Shown: positions 31,054 through 40,028 of the stretch, piece by piece
How the letters are laid out: each line of letters opens with the position of its first letter
Numbering within the stretch: the stretch's first letter is position 1
Source: Minisyncoccota bacterium
GTDB lineage: Bacteria > Patescibacteriota > Minisyncoccia > Phycocordibacterales > UBA9973
Direction: 5' to 3'
Length of the DNA stretch: 64,000 nt
Assembly: GCA_036405895.1 (NCBI GenBank)
Contig: DASWWS010000001.1
Coordinates: 71,864-135,863 of the forward strand
Position numbers and translations under genes: made by a program
Notes under the pieces: generated by a model
What the model was told of the DNA's origin: nothing
Databases searched by the model: none
What the model saw: only the letters and a program-made list of their open reading frames with translations

Positions 31054-32325
31054 GTGGCAATTACACTCATCAAGAAAAGAAGTGGCTCTATTACTGATTT
31101 TGATCGGTCTCGTATTGAGGTCGCAATAACCCGCGCTTATGAAGCGTCTAAGATGTTTATCGACATCGTATCCCTCTCCGAACTGGTCGATAAAATCGTT
31201 GCAGTACTTGAGGAAACCTACAATGAGCACAATATTCCGGAAGTTGAAGACATCCAAAACGTTGTCGAAAAAGAAATTGCATTGAAAGGGGATTTCGAGG
31301 TTGCAAAAGCTTATGTATTGTACCGAGAGGAAAGGAATCAAGAGCGAAAACGCGATATCTTCAAAAAAAGAGTGCATCTCAAGCCCTATGAATACCCAGA
31401 ACTCTATGAATACGTAAGCGCTGTTCGCCATTCGTACTGGATTCATACAGAGTTTAACTTTGTCAGCGACGTACAGGACTTTCAGGTAAATGTGGACGAG
31501 AAAGAGCGAAATGTCATCAAAAACGCAATGCTTGCCATTGCGCAAATAGAAGTCACCATCAAAACATTTTGGGGGGATATTTATAAGCGCCTGCCAAAGC
31601 CTGAGATCGGGGCAGTGGGAGCAACATTTGCAGAAAGCGAAGTGCGCCACACGGACGCCTATGCCCACCTTTTGGAAATTTTAGGACTCAATGAAGTATT
31701 CAAGACAATTGATGAGATACCGGCCCTGATGAAGCGGGTGAACTATTTGGAAAAATCCTTGGCAAATGCCCGCAGTGAAGATAATCGAGAATATAGTCAA
31801 TCAATATTACTCTTCTCGTTGTTTATAGAGCATGTGTCACTCTTCTCCCAGTTCCTTATCATGATGTCCTTTAATAAAAATAAGAATTTGTTCAAAGGCA
31901 TATCAAACGCTGTTGAGGCCACCTCGAAAGAAGAGCAAATTCACGGATTGTTTGGGATCGAGATCATCAACATCATCAAAACCGAGCATCCGGAATGGTT
32001 TGATGCAGAGTTTGAAGAGAGTGTGGTGAAACTATGCGAGGAAGCGTTTGAGTCGGAAACGGCTGTCGTAGAATGGATTTTTGAAAAAGGAGAGCTCGAA
32101 TTCATTTCAAAGGAAGTTGTTCTTGAATTTATTAAGACCCGCTTCAACAACTCGCTGCAAAGTATCGGTATTGCCAAGATATTCACCACGAATGAAGCCC
32201 TGGTGAAGGAATCAGAATGGTTTTATGACGAAGTAATCGCCACCAAGCACGGAGACTTCTTCAATAAAAAGTCGATCAACTACAACAAAAAAAGCAAGAG
32301 TATAACGAGCGATGACCTCTTTTAG
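31054..32325 (+). CDS. nrdB: Class I ribonucleotide reductase beta subunit with N-terminal ATP-cone (subclass Id-like)
   Basis: IKKRSG...FDRSRI...VEDIQNVVE...AKAYVLYR ATP-cone; KPYEYP, QIEVTIKTFW, ESEVRHTDAY, IEHVSLFSQF, EEQIH; GTG start. Confidence 0.92.
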   Translation: MAITLIKKRSGSITDFDRSRIEVAITRAYEASKMFIDIVSLSELVDKIVAVLEETYNEHNIPEVEDIQNVVEKEIALKGDFEVAKAYVLYREERNQERKRDIFKKRVHLKPYEYPELYEYVSAVRHSYWIHTEFNFVSDVQDFQVNVDEKERNVIKNAMLAIAQIEVTIKTFWGDIYKRLPKPEIGAVGATFAESEVRHTDAYAHLLEILGLNEVFKTIDEIPALMKRVNYLEKSLANARSEDNREYSQSILLFSLFIEHVSLFSQFLIMMSFNKNKNLFKGISNAVEATSKEEQIHGLFGIEIINIIKTEHPEWFDAEFEESVVKLCEEAFESETAVVEWIFEKGELEFISKEVVLEFIKTRFNNSLQSIGIAKIFTTNEALVKESEWFYDEVIATKHGDFFNKKSINYNKKSKSITSDDLF

Positions 32326-32346
32326 CAGACTAAATAAACAACAGAC

Positions 32347-34074
32347 ATGTATTGGTTAAATGAAAACAGCAGAAAATTTTTATCAAAAGGCTACCTTGTA
32401 GGAAACATTACTGCAGAGGAGCGTATTCGCGAAATCGCAGAGATTGCAGAGAAGTATCTTCAGAAGCCCGGTTTTGCCGATAAGTTCTACGACTACATGT
32501 CTCGAGGGTTCTACTCGCTCGCAAGCCCTATTTGGTCTAACTACGGCCAGACCCGCGGGCTTCCCATCAGCTGTTTTGGGAGCTACGTCGGAGATGACAT
32601 GTCTCGAATTCTCTACACCCATGCCGAAGTTGGCATGATGACAAAAAACGGCGGCGGCACGTCCGTGTATCTTGGAGCACTTCGCCCTCGCGGAGCGGTG
32701 ATTAAAGACAATGGGCACTCATCAGGCTCAGTGCACTTTTTGGAACTCTTCGACAATCTCATTAATATTGTTTCGCAAGGCACCGTTCGCCGCGGGCACT
32801 GCGCACCGTATTTACCCGTTGAGCATGGCGATATCGAAGAATATTTGAACATTGGAACAGAAGGCCACCCAATTCAGGAATCAACCTACGCTGTTACTGT
32901 GGGCGATGCATGGCTTAAGGCTATGGTGGATGGCGACCAGGACAAGCGAAAGATCTGGGCAAAGATTATCCAGCGCCGTACTGAAATTGGCTACCCGTAC
33001 ATTCTTTTCAGTGATACCGTGAATAACAACACTGTGGACGTCTACAAGGACAAGGGAATGAAAATCAACAACAGCAACCTTTGTTCCGAAATCTGCCTTC
33101 CGACTGCAGACGATATCTCATTCGTTTGCTGCCTCTCTTCCATGAATGTTCGCCATTACCACGAATGGAAGGACACTGATGCGGTTGAAGTCTTGACCAT
33201 GTTCCTCGATACAGTTATCTCAGACTTTGCTGCGCGCCTCGAAAGCTTCCGCGACAGTGAGGACCCTCAAAAGCAGTCAGCGTTCTACTTTATGCAACGC
33301 GCGCACAAGTTTGCTGTAGAGCATCGCGCTTTGGGTCTTGGCGTACTCGGTTGGCACACCTTCCTTCAGGAAAGCAATATTGCATTTGAAAGCCCTGAAG
33401 CAACTGCGCTCAACGAAGAGATTTTCAAGCTTATCAAAGAAAAGGCATACAAGGCATCCGAAGATATGGCAAAAGAATACGGCGAGCCTGAAGTATTGAA
33501 AGGCTATGGCCGCCGCAATACAACGCTCTTGGCCGTTGCGCCGACCACTTCTTCTGCATTTATTCTCGGGCAGGTATCTCAAAGTATCGAACCGTTGATG
33601 TCCAACTGTTTTGTAAAAGATGTCGATAAGATGAAGGTGACTATCAAAAACCAGACCCTTGAAGCATTGCTTGAAGAGAAGGGGCAGAATACTGCAGAAG
33701 TATGGGGTAATATTCGCGATAATGATGGATCGGTTCAACACCTCGACTTCCTGACAGCTCATGAAAAAGAAGTGTTTAGAACATTTAGTGAAATCGACCA
33801 GAAGGCAATTGTGGACCAGGCAGCAGACCGCCAAAAGTACATTGATCAGGCTCAGTCATTAAACATCATGATTGACCCGGCGATTTCTACAAAAGAACTC
33901 AATGCTCTGTATCTGTATGCATGGGAGAAAGGAATCAAAACCCTCTATTACCAGCACAGCATGAATGCTGCTCAGCAGTTTGGGCGAAAGAAGCTTCAGG
34001 AGAATGCAGAAGCAAAAAAGCCAAAAGTGATTTTTGTCGGCGAAGACAACATGTGCGTTAACTGCGAAGCATAA
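32347..34074 (+). CDS. nrdA: Class I ribonucleotide reductase alpha subunit (short, no ATP-cone)
   Basis: PISCFG, GGGT, SQGTVRRG, SNLCSEI, APTTSS, KTLYYQ, C-terminal CVNCEA. Confidence 0.95.
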   Translation: MYWLNENSRKFLSKGYLVGNITAEERIREIAEIAEKYLQKPGFADKFYDYMSRGFYSLASPIWSNYGQTRGLPISCFGSYVGDDMSRILYTHAEVGMMTKNGGGTSVYLGALRPRGAVIKDNGHSSGSVHFLELFDNLINIVSQGTVRRGHCAPYLPVEHGDIEEYLNIGTEGHPIQESTYAVTVGDAWLKAMVDGDQDKRKIWAKIIQRRTEIGYPYILFSDTVNNNTVDVYKDKGMKINNSNLCSEICLPTADDISFVCCLSSMNVRHYHEWKDTDAVEVLTMFLDTVISDFAARLESFRDSEDPQKQSAFYFMQRAHKFAVEHRALGLGVLGWHTFLQESNIAFESPEATALNEEIFKLIKEKAYKASEDMAKEYGEPEVLKGYGRRNTTLLAVAPTTSSAFILGQVSQSIEPLMSNCFVKDVDKMKVTIKNQTLEALLEEKGQNTAEVWGNIRDNDGSVQHLDFLTAHEKEVFRTFSEIDQKAIVDQAADRQKYIDQAQSLNIMIDPAISTKELNALYLYAWEKGIKTLYYQHSMNAAQQFGRKKLQENAEAKKPKVIFVGEDNMCVNCEA

Positions 34075-34080
34075 CAATAT

Positions 34081-34111
34081 AAAAAAACCTCATATTGCAT
34101 GAGGTTTTTTT
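34081..34111 (+). terminator. Intrinsic terminator after nrdA
   Basis: A7-CCTCAT...ATGAGG-T7. Confidence 0.75.
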
Positions 34112-34128
34112 ATATGCATAATGGAGGG

Positions 34129-34459
34129 GTTGTACCGCTCGATCGCTCTTGATTCAGTAATTGAGTCAGGGGAGGAAAGTCCGAACACACAACGATTCAA
34201 TTCGTACAGGTAGCGGGTAATTCCCGTCTGGCGCAAGCCACGAGGTGCGAACAGAGACGCCCGCGCAGAAATGCAAAGGATTCCTCCTCTCTTGTAGATG
34301 AGGAATAGCTCCTTTGGTAACAAAGGAGTTGAAACGGCTAAATCCTTACTTGTGTGCAAGGCCGTGCCCCGCAAAGCCGGGGAGTGCTGCTAGAGGGAGT
34401 TGGCAACAACTCTCCCAGATAAATGATCGATAGAACAGAATTCGGCTTACGAGTACAAC
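34129..34459 (+). ncRNA. rnpB: RNase P RNA
   Basis: GAGGAAAGTCCGAAC near the 5' end and AACAGAATTCGGCTTA near the 3' end (P4); terminal helix GTTGTAC/GTACAAC; terminator follows. Confidence 0.95.
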
Positions 34460-34496
34460 ACATGAAAAAACATCCTGAAACGGATGTTTTTTCTTA

Positions 34497-34547
34497 CCCT
34501 AGCAAGGACCGTCCTTCTGAAATTCAGAAGGACGGTCCTTGCTAGGG
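34497..34547. repeat. Hybrid AGGAC-S-GTCCT palindrome, copy 3 (perfect 25-bp inverted repeat)
   Basis: CCCTAGCAAGGACCGTCCTTCTGAA-A-TTCAGAAGGACGGTCCTTGCTAGGG. Confidence 0.9.
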
Positions 34548-34567
34548 GATTTGGTATACTGCTACGC

Positions 34568-35908
34568 ATGAATCACTCACCATGGATAGTCCAACTCAAA
34601 CGAACCCGCCCGGTCGAACCGCTTTCATCAAATCTTACCGCTGACGTTGCTGTTGTAGGAGGCGGGATTGCCGGAATAACAACCGCATATTTCCTTCTTA
34701 CAAAAACCACGCAATCAGTAATACTTTTGGAAGCAGGGAAAGTTGCACATGGTGCAACTGGGCACAATGCAGGACAGATTACGAGCTATTTTGAAAAGTC
34801 CTTTACCGAGCTCGCTGAACGCTACGGCATAGTGCAGACAACCGCAGCTCACCGAGCAATAGAAGAAGATGCACGCGCGCTCCTTGAACATATTTTTGCA
34901 CATGCCGAGCTTTCGACCCCGTTCTCGCAATTTATTGGGTATGACGGACTCGCGCTTGAAAGTCAGGTTCTTCAGGCGCTGCATGATCTCTATCTCAAGG
35001 CAAAAGCGGGCCTTCGCGTGCGCCCTTTGTTGATAGCAAAAGAGTGGGTAGCGCACGGGGTGATTCCGCATGAGTACACGCCGTACACACTGGTGGTTGC
35101 TCAAGAGAATATTCTCTCGCTTTTGGAAACAAGCGACACGCAGTATATTGCCGCTTTGCCATTTCTTTCCGGATGCATGAACAGCGCGCTTTTTACTGAA
35201 GAGCTTACGGGGTATTTGCTCGCAACATTTCCTGAGCGGTTTACCTTGAAAGAGCATACCCCTGTGTCACGTGTTGTGTTGGGTTCTGAAGAAGTTCTGC
35301 TCCACGCCGGTATTAATATAGTGACGACAAGTCATGTTGTGCTGTGCACGAACGGCTTTGAGTCTATACAGATTGATAATCCAGGGGGCGCTGATATTGA
35401 TACGGCATTTCACATGGAAGTTGAAGGGGTGGTAGGGTACATGGCAGCCTATAAAGAAGAACTCAATAAGGCGCCCTTTGCTGGAATTTATTCTCACGCT
35501 TTGGTCAGCGAAGCCAATCCGTATTTCTACACGACACGCCGTCCGTTTGAAGACGAAAGCAATGCAACGCATAATCTTGTATGTGTGGGAGGACCCGAAG
35601 TCTATCTGCCGGACCGCGCAACGTACGATGCGCACAAAGAATATCCGCTTGAGATTAGTGATGCAATTGGAACGTTTTCGTCACTGCATTACCAGCATCA
35701 CCCGCATATGGACTACTACTGGCACGGGCTTATGGGGTACACAAAAAGCTGGGTGCGTATGGTGGGATTTGAACCAAAAAACAAACGACTGTTGTATAAC
35801 CTCGGTTGTAACGGCGTCGGCATTCTTACCAGCGTGTACGGTTCGGAGCGCATCGCCCGACTCTTAAACGGAGAATTGCTCGCACACACTATCTTTGATC
35901 CGCAATAA
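34568..35908 (+). CDS. FAD-dependent oxidoreductase (DAO/PuuB-like)
   Basis: DVAVVGGGIAG, GATGHNAG, VVLCTNG, WHGLMGYT, GCNGVG. Confidence 0.85.
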   Translation: MNHSPWIVQLKRTRPVEPLSSNLTADVAVVGGGIAGITTAYFLLTKTTQSVILLEAGKVAHGATGHNAGQITSYFEKSFTELAERYGIVQTTAAHRAIEEDARALLEHIFAHAELSTPFSQFIGYDGLALESQVLQALHDLYLKAKAGLRVRPLLIAKEWVAHGVIPHEYTPYTLVVAQENILSLLETSDTQYIAALPFLSGCMNSALFTEELTGYLLATFPERFTLKEHTPVSRVVLGSEEVLLHAGINIVTTSHVVLCTNGFESIQIDNPGGADIDTAFHMEVEGVVGYMAAYKEELNKAPFAGIYSHALVSEANPYFYTTRRPFEDESNATHNLVCVGGPEVYLPDRATYDAHKEYPLEISDAIGTFSSLHYQHHPHMDYYWHGLMGYTKSWVRMVGFEPKNKRLLYNLGCNGVGILTSVYGSERIARLLNGELLAHTIFDPQ

Positions 35909-35969
35909 GTGTTGTAACAGAAAATAAACGCAAACGATTTGCATTTACATTTTTTCAAAAAAACACGAG

Positions 35970-35978
35970 TTATCCACA
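35970..35978 (+). promoter_or_regulatory. Single perfect DnaA box
   Basis: TTATCCACA in an AT-rich intergenic region. Confidence 0.45.
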
Positions 35979-36111
35979 GTTTTTTATAAAAAAATATTGC
36001 TTGTGCATCACGCGCGAGAGATAATGTATGTACATGTGGTGATAACGCGTTCAATCACAATCAGTGGTCGATCATCACAGATGTATTACAAGTAAACTTA
36101 CGCATAAATTT

Positions 36112-36252
36112 ATGGCAGCAAAAAGAAAGGTAGCCAAGAAAGCTGTGAAGAAGGCTGTTAAAAAGACAGTTAAGAAAGCAGTTAAGAAGGTTGCTAAAAA
36201 AGCAGTAAAGAAAGCAGCAAAGAAAAAGGTTGCTAAAAAGAAAAAGAAATAA
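36112..36252 (+). CDS. Lys/Ala/Val-rich histone H1-like small basic protein
   Basis: MAAKRKVAKKAVKKAVKKTVKK...; 46 aa; terminator at about 36286-36313. Confidence 0.8.
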   Translation: MAAKRKVAKKAVKKAVKKTVKKAVKKVAKKAVKKAAKKKVAKKKKK

Positions 36253-36367
36253 TCTTTTTCTTACTCACTCTCTTTCCACTTACACAAAACCGCGACAACA
36301 AGGCCGCGGTTTTGTGCTATTGGGGCATCTTTTAAAGAGGGTGTTTTTGTGGTAAAATCATGTTCTT

Positions 36368-38689
36368 ATGGCATTCACATTTCTTCAGGGGCTCTTCGAT
36401 AAGGGGGCAATAAAGCAATACGAAAAAAGGGTAAAAAACATCAATGATTTGGAGGAATCAGTTGCCGCTTTGGGCGACCAGGACTTTCCCAATGAAACTG
36501 CAGCTCTCAAAGCCCGCCTCACGGCTGGAGAGTCGCTCGACGATATCTTGCCTCGCGCATTTGCGCTTGTTCGAGAAGCCGCAAAGAGGACTTCAGGCAA
36601 ACGCCACTATGACGTGCAGCTGATTGGAGGAATGGTCCTCAATGGAGGCAATATCGCCGAGATGCGAACAGGTGAAGGGAAGACATTGGTAGGAACGCTC
36701 CCAGTGTATTTAAATGCGCTTACAGGGCGCGGGGTGCACGTAGTAACCGTCAACGACTACCTTGCTCGCCGTGACGCGACATGGATGGGGCAAATCTATA
36801 ACTTTCTTGGCCTTTCTATTGGCGTTATCAACGACCAGTCAAAATCATTTGTATACGACCCGACACATCAAGAACTCGATGAAGAGCGCGATGAAGAAGG
36901 GTCATTTAAAGTGGTGCAGCAATTTTTGCGCCCGGTGAGCCGCCGCGATGCCTATGCCGCCGACATCACGTACGGGACGAACAGCCAGTTCGGCTTTGAC
37001 TACCTGCGCGACAACCTTGTCAGCAACAAGAGCGATATTGTGCAGCGAGGACACTACTTCGCCGTTGTCGACGAAGTGGACTCTATCTTGATTGATGAAT
37101 CCCGCACACCGCTTATTATTTCAAGTGCGGTTGCGGATTCTGCAGCCCTCTATAAAACCGTCGCCGGAGTCGCGACTAAGCTTGTTGTAGGGACCGATTA
37201 TACTGTGGACGAAAAGCTCAAGGCCATTCAGTTGACCGATGAAGGAATCACCAAGGCTGAAAAAATGCTCGGCATTACGGACATGTATACCGAAAAGGGT
37301 ATCAAGTACGTGCACTATCTCGAAACTGCCATCCGTGCCCGCGCACTGTTTGTAAAAGACAAAGACTATGTAATTAAAGACGGAGAGGTAATTATTGTGG
37401 ACCCCTTTACTGGGCGCATGCAGCCGGGCCGACGATGGTCTGAGGGCTTGCACCAGGCAATTGAGGCAAAAGAAGGAGTAAAGATTGAGCAGGAAACCCG
37501 TTCGATTGCTTCTATTACGTACCAAAACTATTTTAAATTCTACGAAAAGCTCTCGGGTATGACCGGTACCGCAAAAACCAGCGAAGAGGAATTCACCAAG
37601 GTGTACGGCCTTTCAGTTGTCTCCGTACCGACCCACCGAAAGACGCAGCGTATCGACCACAACGACCTCATCTTCCAGACTGAAGAAGGAAAGTTCAAAG
37701 CGATAGCGAGAAAAGTAAAAGAGCTCCACGAAAAAGGACAGCCAGTGCTGATCGGTACAGTCTCTGTTGAGAAAAACGAACTCTTGGGGGCGTATTTGAA
37801 ACGCGAAGGCATTCCGCATCAAATCCTTAATGCGAAAAACCATGAACAAGAAGGAACGGTGACTGCGCAAGCGGGCCGCAAAGGCTCTGTAGTGATTGCT
37901 ACGAACATGGCTGGCCGCGGAGTGGATATTATCCTCGGCGGTAACCCATCAACCCCGGAAGAGCAGGAAGAAGTGAAGTCTCTCGGAGGATTGTTCGTTA
38001 TCGGTACCGAACGCCATGAAGCGCGCCGAATCGACAACCAGCTTCGCGGACGCGCTGGTCGTCAGGGCGACCCGGGCGAAACGCAGTTTTACGTTTCTCT
38101 TGAGGATGAATTGATGCGCGTATTCGGAAGCGAACGCATCAAGACCATGATGACGCGCCTTGGCTTGCCTGAAGATGAAGCGATTCAAAACGGCATCGTG
38201 TCGCGCGCCCTTGAAAGCGCTCAGAAAAAAATCGAAGGCTTCCACTTTGATGCCCGCAAGCACACGCTTGAATACGACACCATTCTTTCGTACCAGCGAG
38301 AACAGGTCTACGGCCGCCGCCGCGCGATGGTGGAAGGGGACCGCGGACATGTGATCAGCACATTCTATACCTTGGGTGAGCAAGGAAATCTTGAGGCAAT
38401 CGTAAAAGAAAAGACCGAGCTCGTAGGGGAAGATGCATTTTGGGAGAATGTCCGACGCGTCATCCTCTTTACTACCGACACACTGTGGGTAGAACACATC
38501 GACACCATGGAATACCTTCGCCAGTCGGTTGGGCTTCGGGCATACGGGCAGCGCGAACCGCTTGTTGAATACAAAAAAGAGTCAACTCGACTCTTTAAGG
38601 AGATGGAAGAGCGCCTGAAAGACCAAGTAATTAGCCTTGCCAGCGGGATTACCAAACTCACAGCGGGAGTAAGCGACAAAGCTCAGTAA
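36368..38689 (+). CDS. secA: Preprotein translocase SecA (compact, no C-terminal Zn domain)
   Basis: AEMRTGEGKT, VTVNDYLA, DEVDSILIDE, ATNMAGRG, RRIDNQLRGRAGRQGDPG. Confidence 0.97.
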   Translation: MAFTFLQGLFDKGAIKQYEKRVKNINDLEESVAALGDQDFPNETAALKARLTAGESLDDILPRAFALVREAAKRTSGKRHYDVQLIGGMVLNGGNIAEMRTGEGKTLVGTLPVYLNALTGRGVHVVTVNDYLARRDATWMGQIYNFLGLSIGVINDQSKSFVYDPTHQELDEERDEEGSFKVVQQFLRPVSRRDAYAADITYGTNSQFGFDYLRDNLVSNKSDIVQRGHYFAVVDEVDSILIDESRTPLIISSAVADSAALYKTVAGVATKLVVGTDYTVDEKLKAIQLTDEGITKAEKMLGITDMYTEKGIKYVHYLETAIRARALFVKDKDYVIKDGEVIIVDPFTGRMQPGRRWSEGLHQAIEAKEGVKIEQETRSIASITYQNYFKFYEKLSGMTGTAKTSEEEFTKVYGLSVVSVPTHRKTQRIDHNDLIFQTEEGKFKAIARKVKELHEKGQPVLIGTVSVEKNELLGAYLKREGIPHQILNAKNHEQEGTVTAQAGRKGSVVIATNMAGRGVDIILGGNPSTPEEQEEVKSLGGLFVIGTERHEARRIDNQLRGRAGRQGDPGETQFYVSLEDELMRVFGSERIKTMMTRLGLPEDEAIQNGIVSRALESAQKKIEGFHFDARKHTLEYDTILSYQREQVYGRRRAMVEGDRGHVISTFYTLGEQGNLEAIVKEKTELVGEDAFWENVRRVILFTTDTLWVEHIDTMEYLRQSVGLRAYGQREPLVEYKKESTRLFKEMEERLKDQVISLASGITKLTAGVSDKAQ

Positions 38690-38949
38690 TAGCTCAATAA
38701 TAAGACAATTTATTTGCCAAGTTGGCAAATAATGTCCTCTAAAATACCCTTATAAAATAAGGGTATTTTATGTTTGACACTAGTATTTTCCATTGTATAA
38801 CTATTGACAAAAATAAACGTTTGTGATACTATGTAGCTACTTCCTTAGCACGTAATTGTATAAGGAATTTTCATTTGAAGGCTGATCTATCAGACATTCA
38901 GTGTGGAAATATACTGCTGCGAAGTTCCCCCGGAGCTCAACCGGGAACT

Positions 38950-39534
38950 ATGAGTTCAATAAAACTATATTCAATAACAAAATCCTTTATTATCGTACCG
39001 TTAGTAGCAACTGCAATCTCAATGAACGCCTTTACGGCCTCAGTGAACAATGCAATTGCACCAATCATCGCACCACAAACAGAAGTTTCTCCAGAAGAAG
39101 CGAAGCTCCAATTGGAAAGAGAGGAAAAAGCTGCCAAAATCGATGCGTACTTTGCAGAGCGTAATATGCCCCTTGCAGGTACAGGTATGAAAATGGTGAC
39201 TGAAGCTGAAAAAAACAACATTGACTGGCGTCTTATCCCAGCTCTCGCAGTTCGCGAAAGTACTGGCGGTAAGCATGCTTGCAAAAGTGTAACCTATAGT
39301 CCATTTGGATTCGGTTCATGTAAAATCAACTTTAAGAGCTGGGACCATGCGATTGAGATTGTTGCAACCAACCTTGGTGGTAACAATCCCCGCACAGCCC
39401 GCGCTTATGGCGGAAAGACGCTTCGCGGTAAACTCGAAGCCTACAACCCTCCATCAGTCGTACCAACATACGCTAATGAAGTGATTGCACTGATGAATAA
39501 AATTGAAGCAACAGTGGTAATCGCTGAAGCCTAA
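38950..39534 (+). CDS. Secreted lysozyme-fold/glucosaminidase-like peptidoglycan hydrolase (putative)
   Basis: N-terminal hydrophobic segment; IDWRLIPALAVRESTGG, SPFGFG, F.SW..AIE, YNPP, YANEV. Confidence 0.65.
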   Translation: MSSIKLYSITKSFIIVPLVATAISMNAFTASVNNAIAPIIAPQTEVSPEEAKLQLEREEKAAKIDAYFAERNMPLAGTGMKMVTEAEKNNIDWRLIPALAVRESTGGKHACKSVTYSPFGFGSCKINFKSWDHAIEIVATNLGGNNPRTARAYGGKTLRGKLEAYNPPSVVPTYANEVIALMNKIEATVVIAEA

Positions 39535-39544
39535 ATAGTATTCC

Positions 39545-39576
39545 AAAAATCCCTGACCGAAAGGTCAGGGATTTTT
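39545..39576. terminator. Intrinsic terminator
   Basis: AAAAATCCCTGACC-gaaa-GGTCAGGGATTTTT. Confidence 0.8.
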
Positions 39577-39633
39577 GTTATGAAAGATAAGGGGAATAAA
39601 AAAGAACGGCGCAACTGCCGTTCTTAATCGTTG

Positions 39634-39954
39634 TCAGGTCATTGAAATTCTTTCAGACCATGATGAGGGAAAGAGTTCTCCTTGGACTACTCGTGAAATA
39701 GTGCTTTTTATAACTGCTACTTTTTCTATAGAGGGAGAGGGGGTTTCCAGCTCTCTTTCTTTTTTATACGCCTTACGGTCTTTTCCGATAGCGCTTTTAA
39801 ATTCTTTAAAATCAGGATAGTGTTGCTGAGCTAATTGATAGACATGGTTACAAGCAATCTCCCAGTCATTATTAGTCTTCTTTCTCCCTGCTTCATTTCG
39901 TAGTCCAAAATAATAATTAAGGACACTAATCGTGAAATCTCTTAACGTATTCAT
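39634..39954 (-). CDS. Hypothetical protein
   Basis: AT-rich ORF with its own TTGACT-16-TATTAT promoter and a downstream hairpin. Confidence 0.55.
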   Translation of the reverse strand: MNTLRDFTISVLNYYFGLRNEAGRKKTNNDWEIACNHVYQLAQQHYPDFKEFKSAIGKDRKAYKKERELETPSPSIEKVAVIKSTISRVVQGELFPSSWSERISMT

Positions 39955-40028
39955 AGAACTATAGGTTGGTTGTTTCTATAATACCAAAACATATTTAAAA
40001 GTCAAGTCAAGAGTGGGGAAGAGGAATA

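Noticed and set aside
30958-31668. Long antisense ORFs (for example 30958-31668, 47649-48365, 51771-52469)
   Set aside because: They are shadows of well-supported genes on the opposite strand and have no motifs.
35910-36110. Replication origin
   Set aside because: Only one perfect DnaA box is present and dnaA/dnaN are not nearby.
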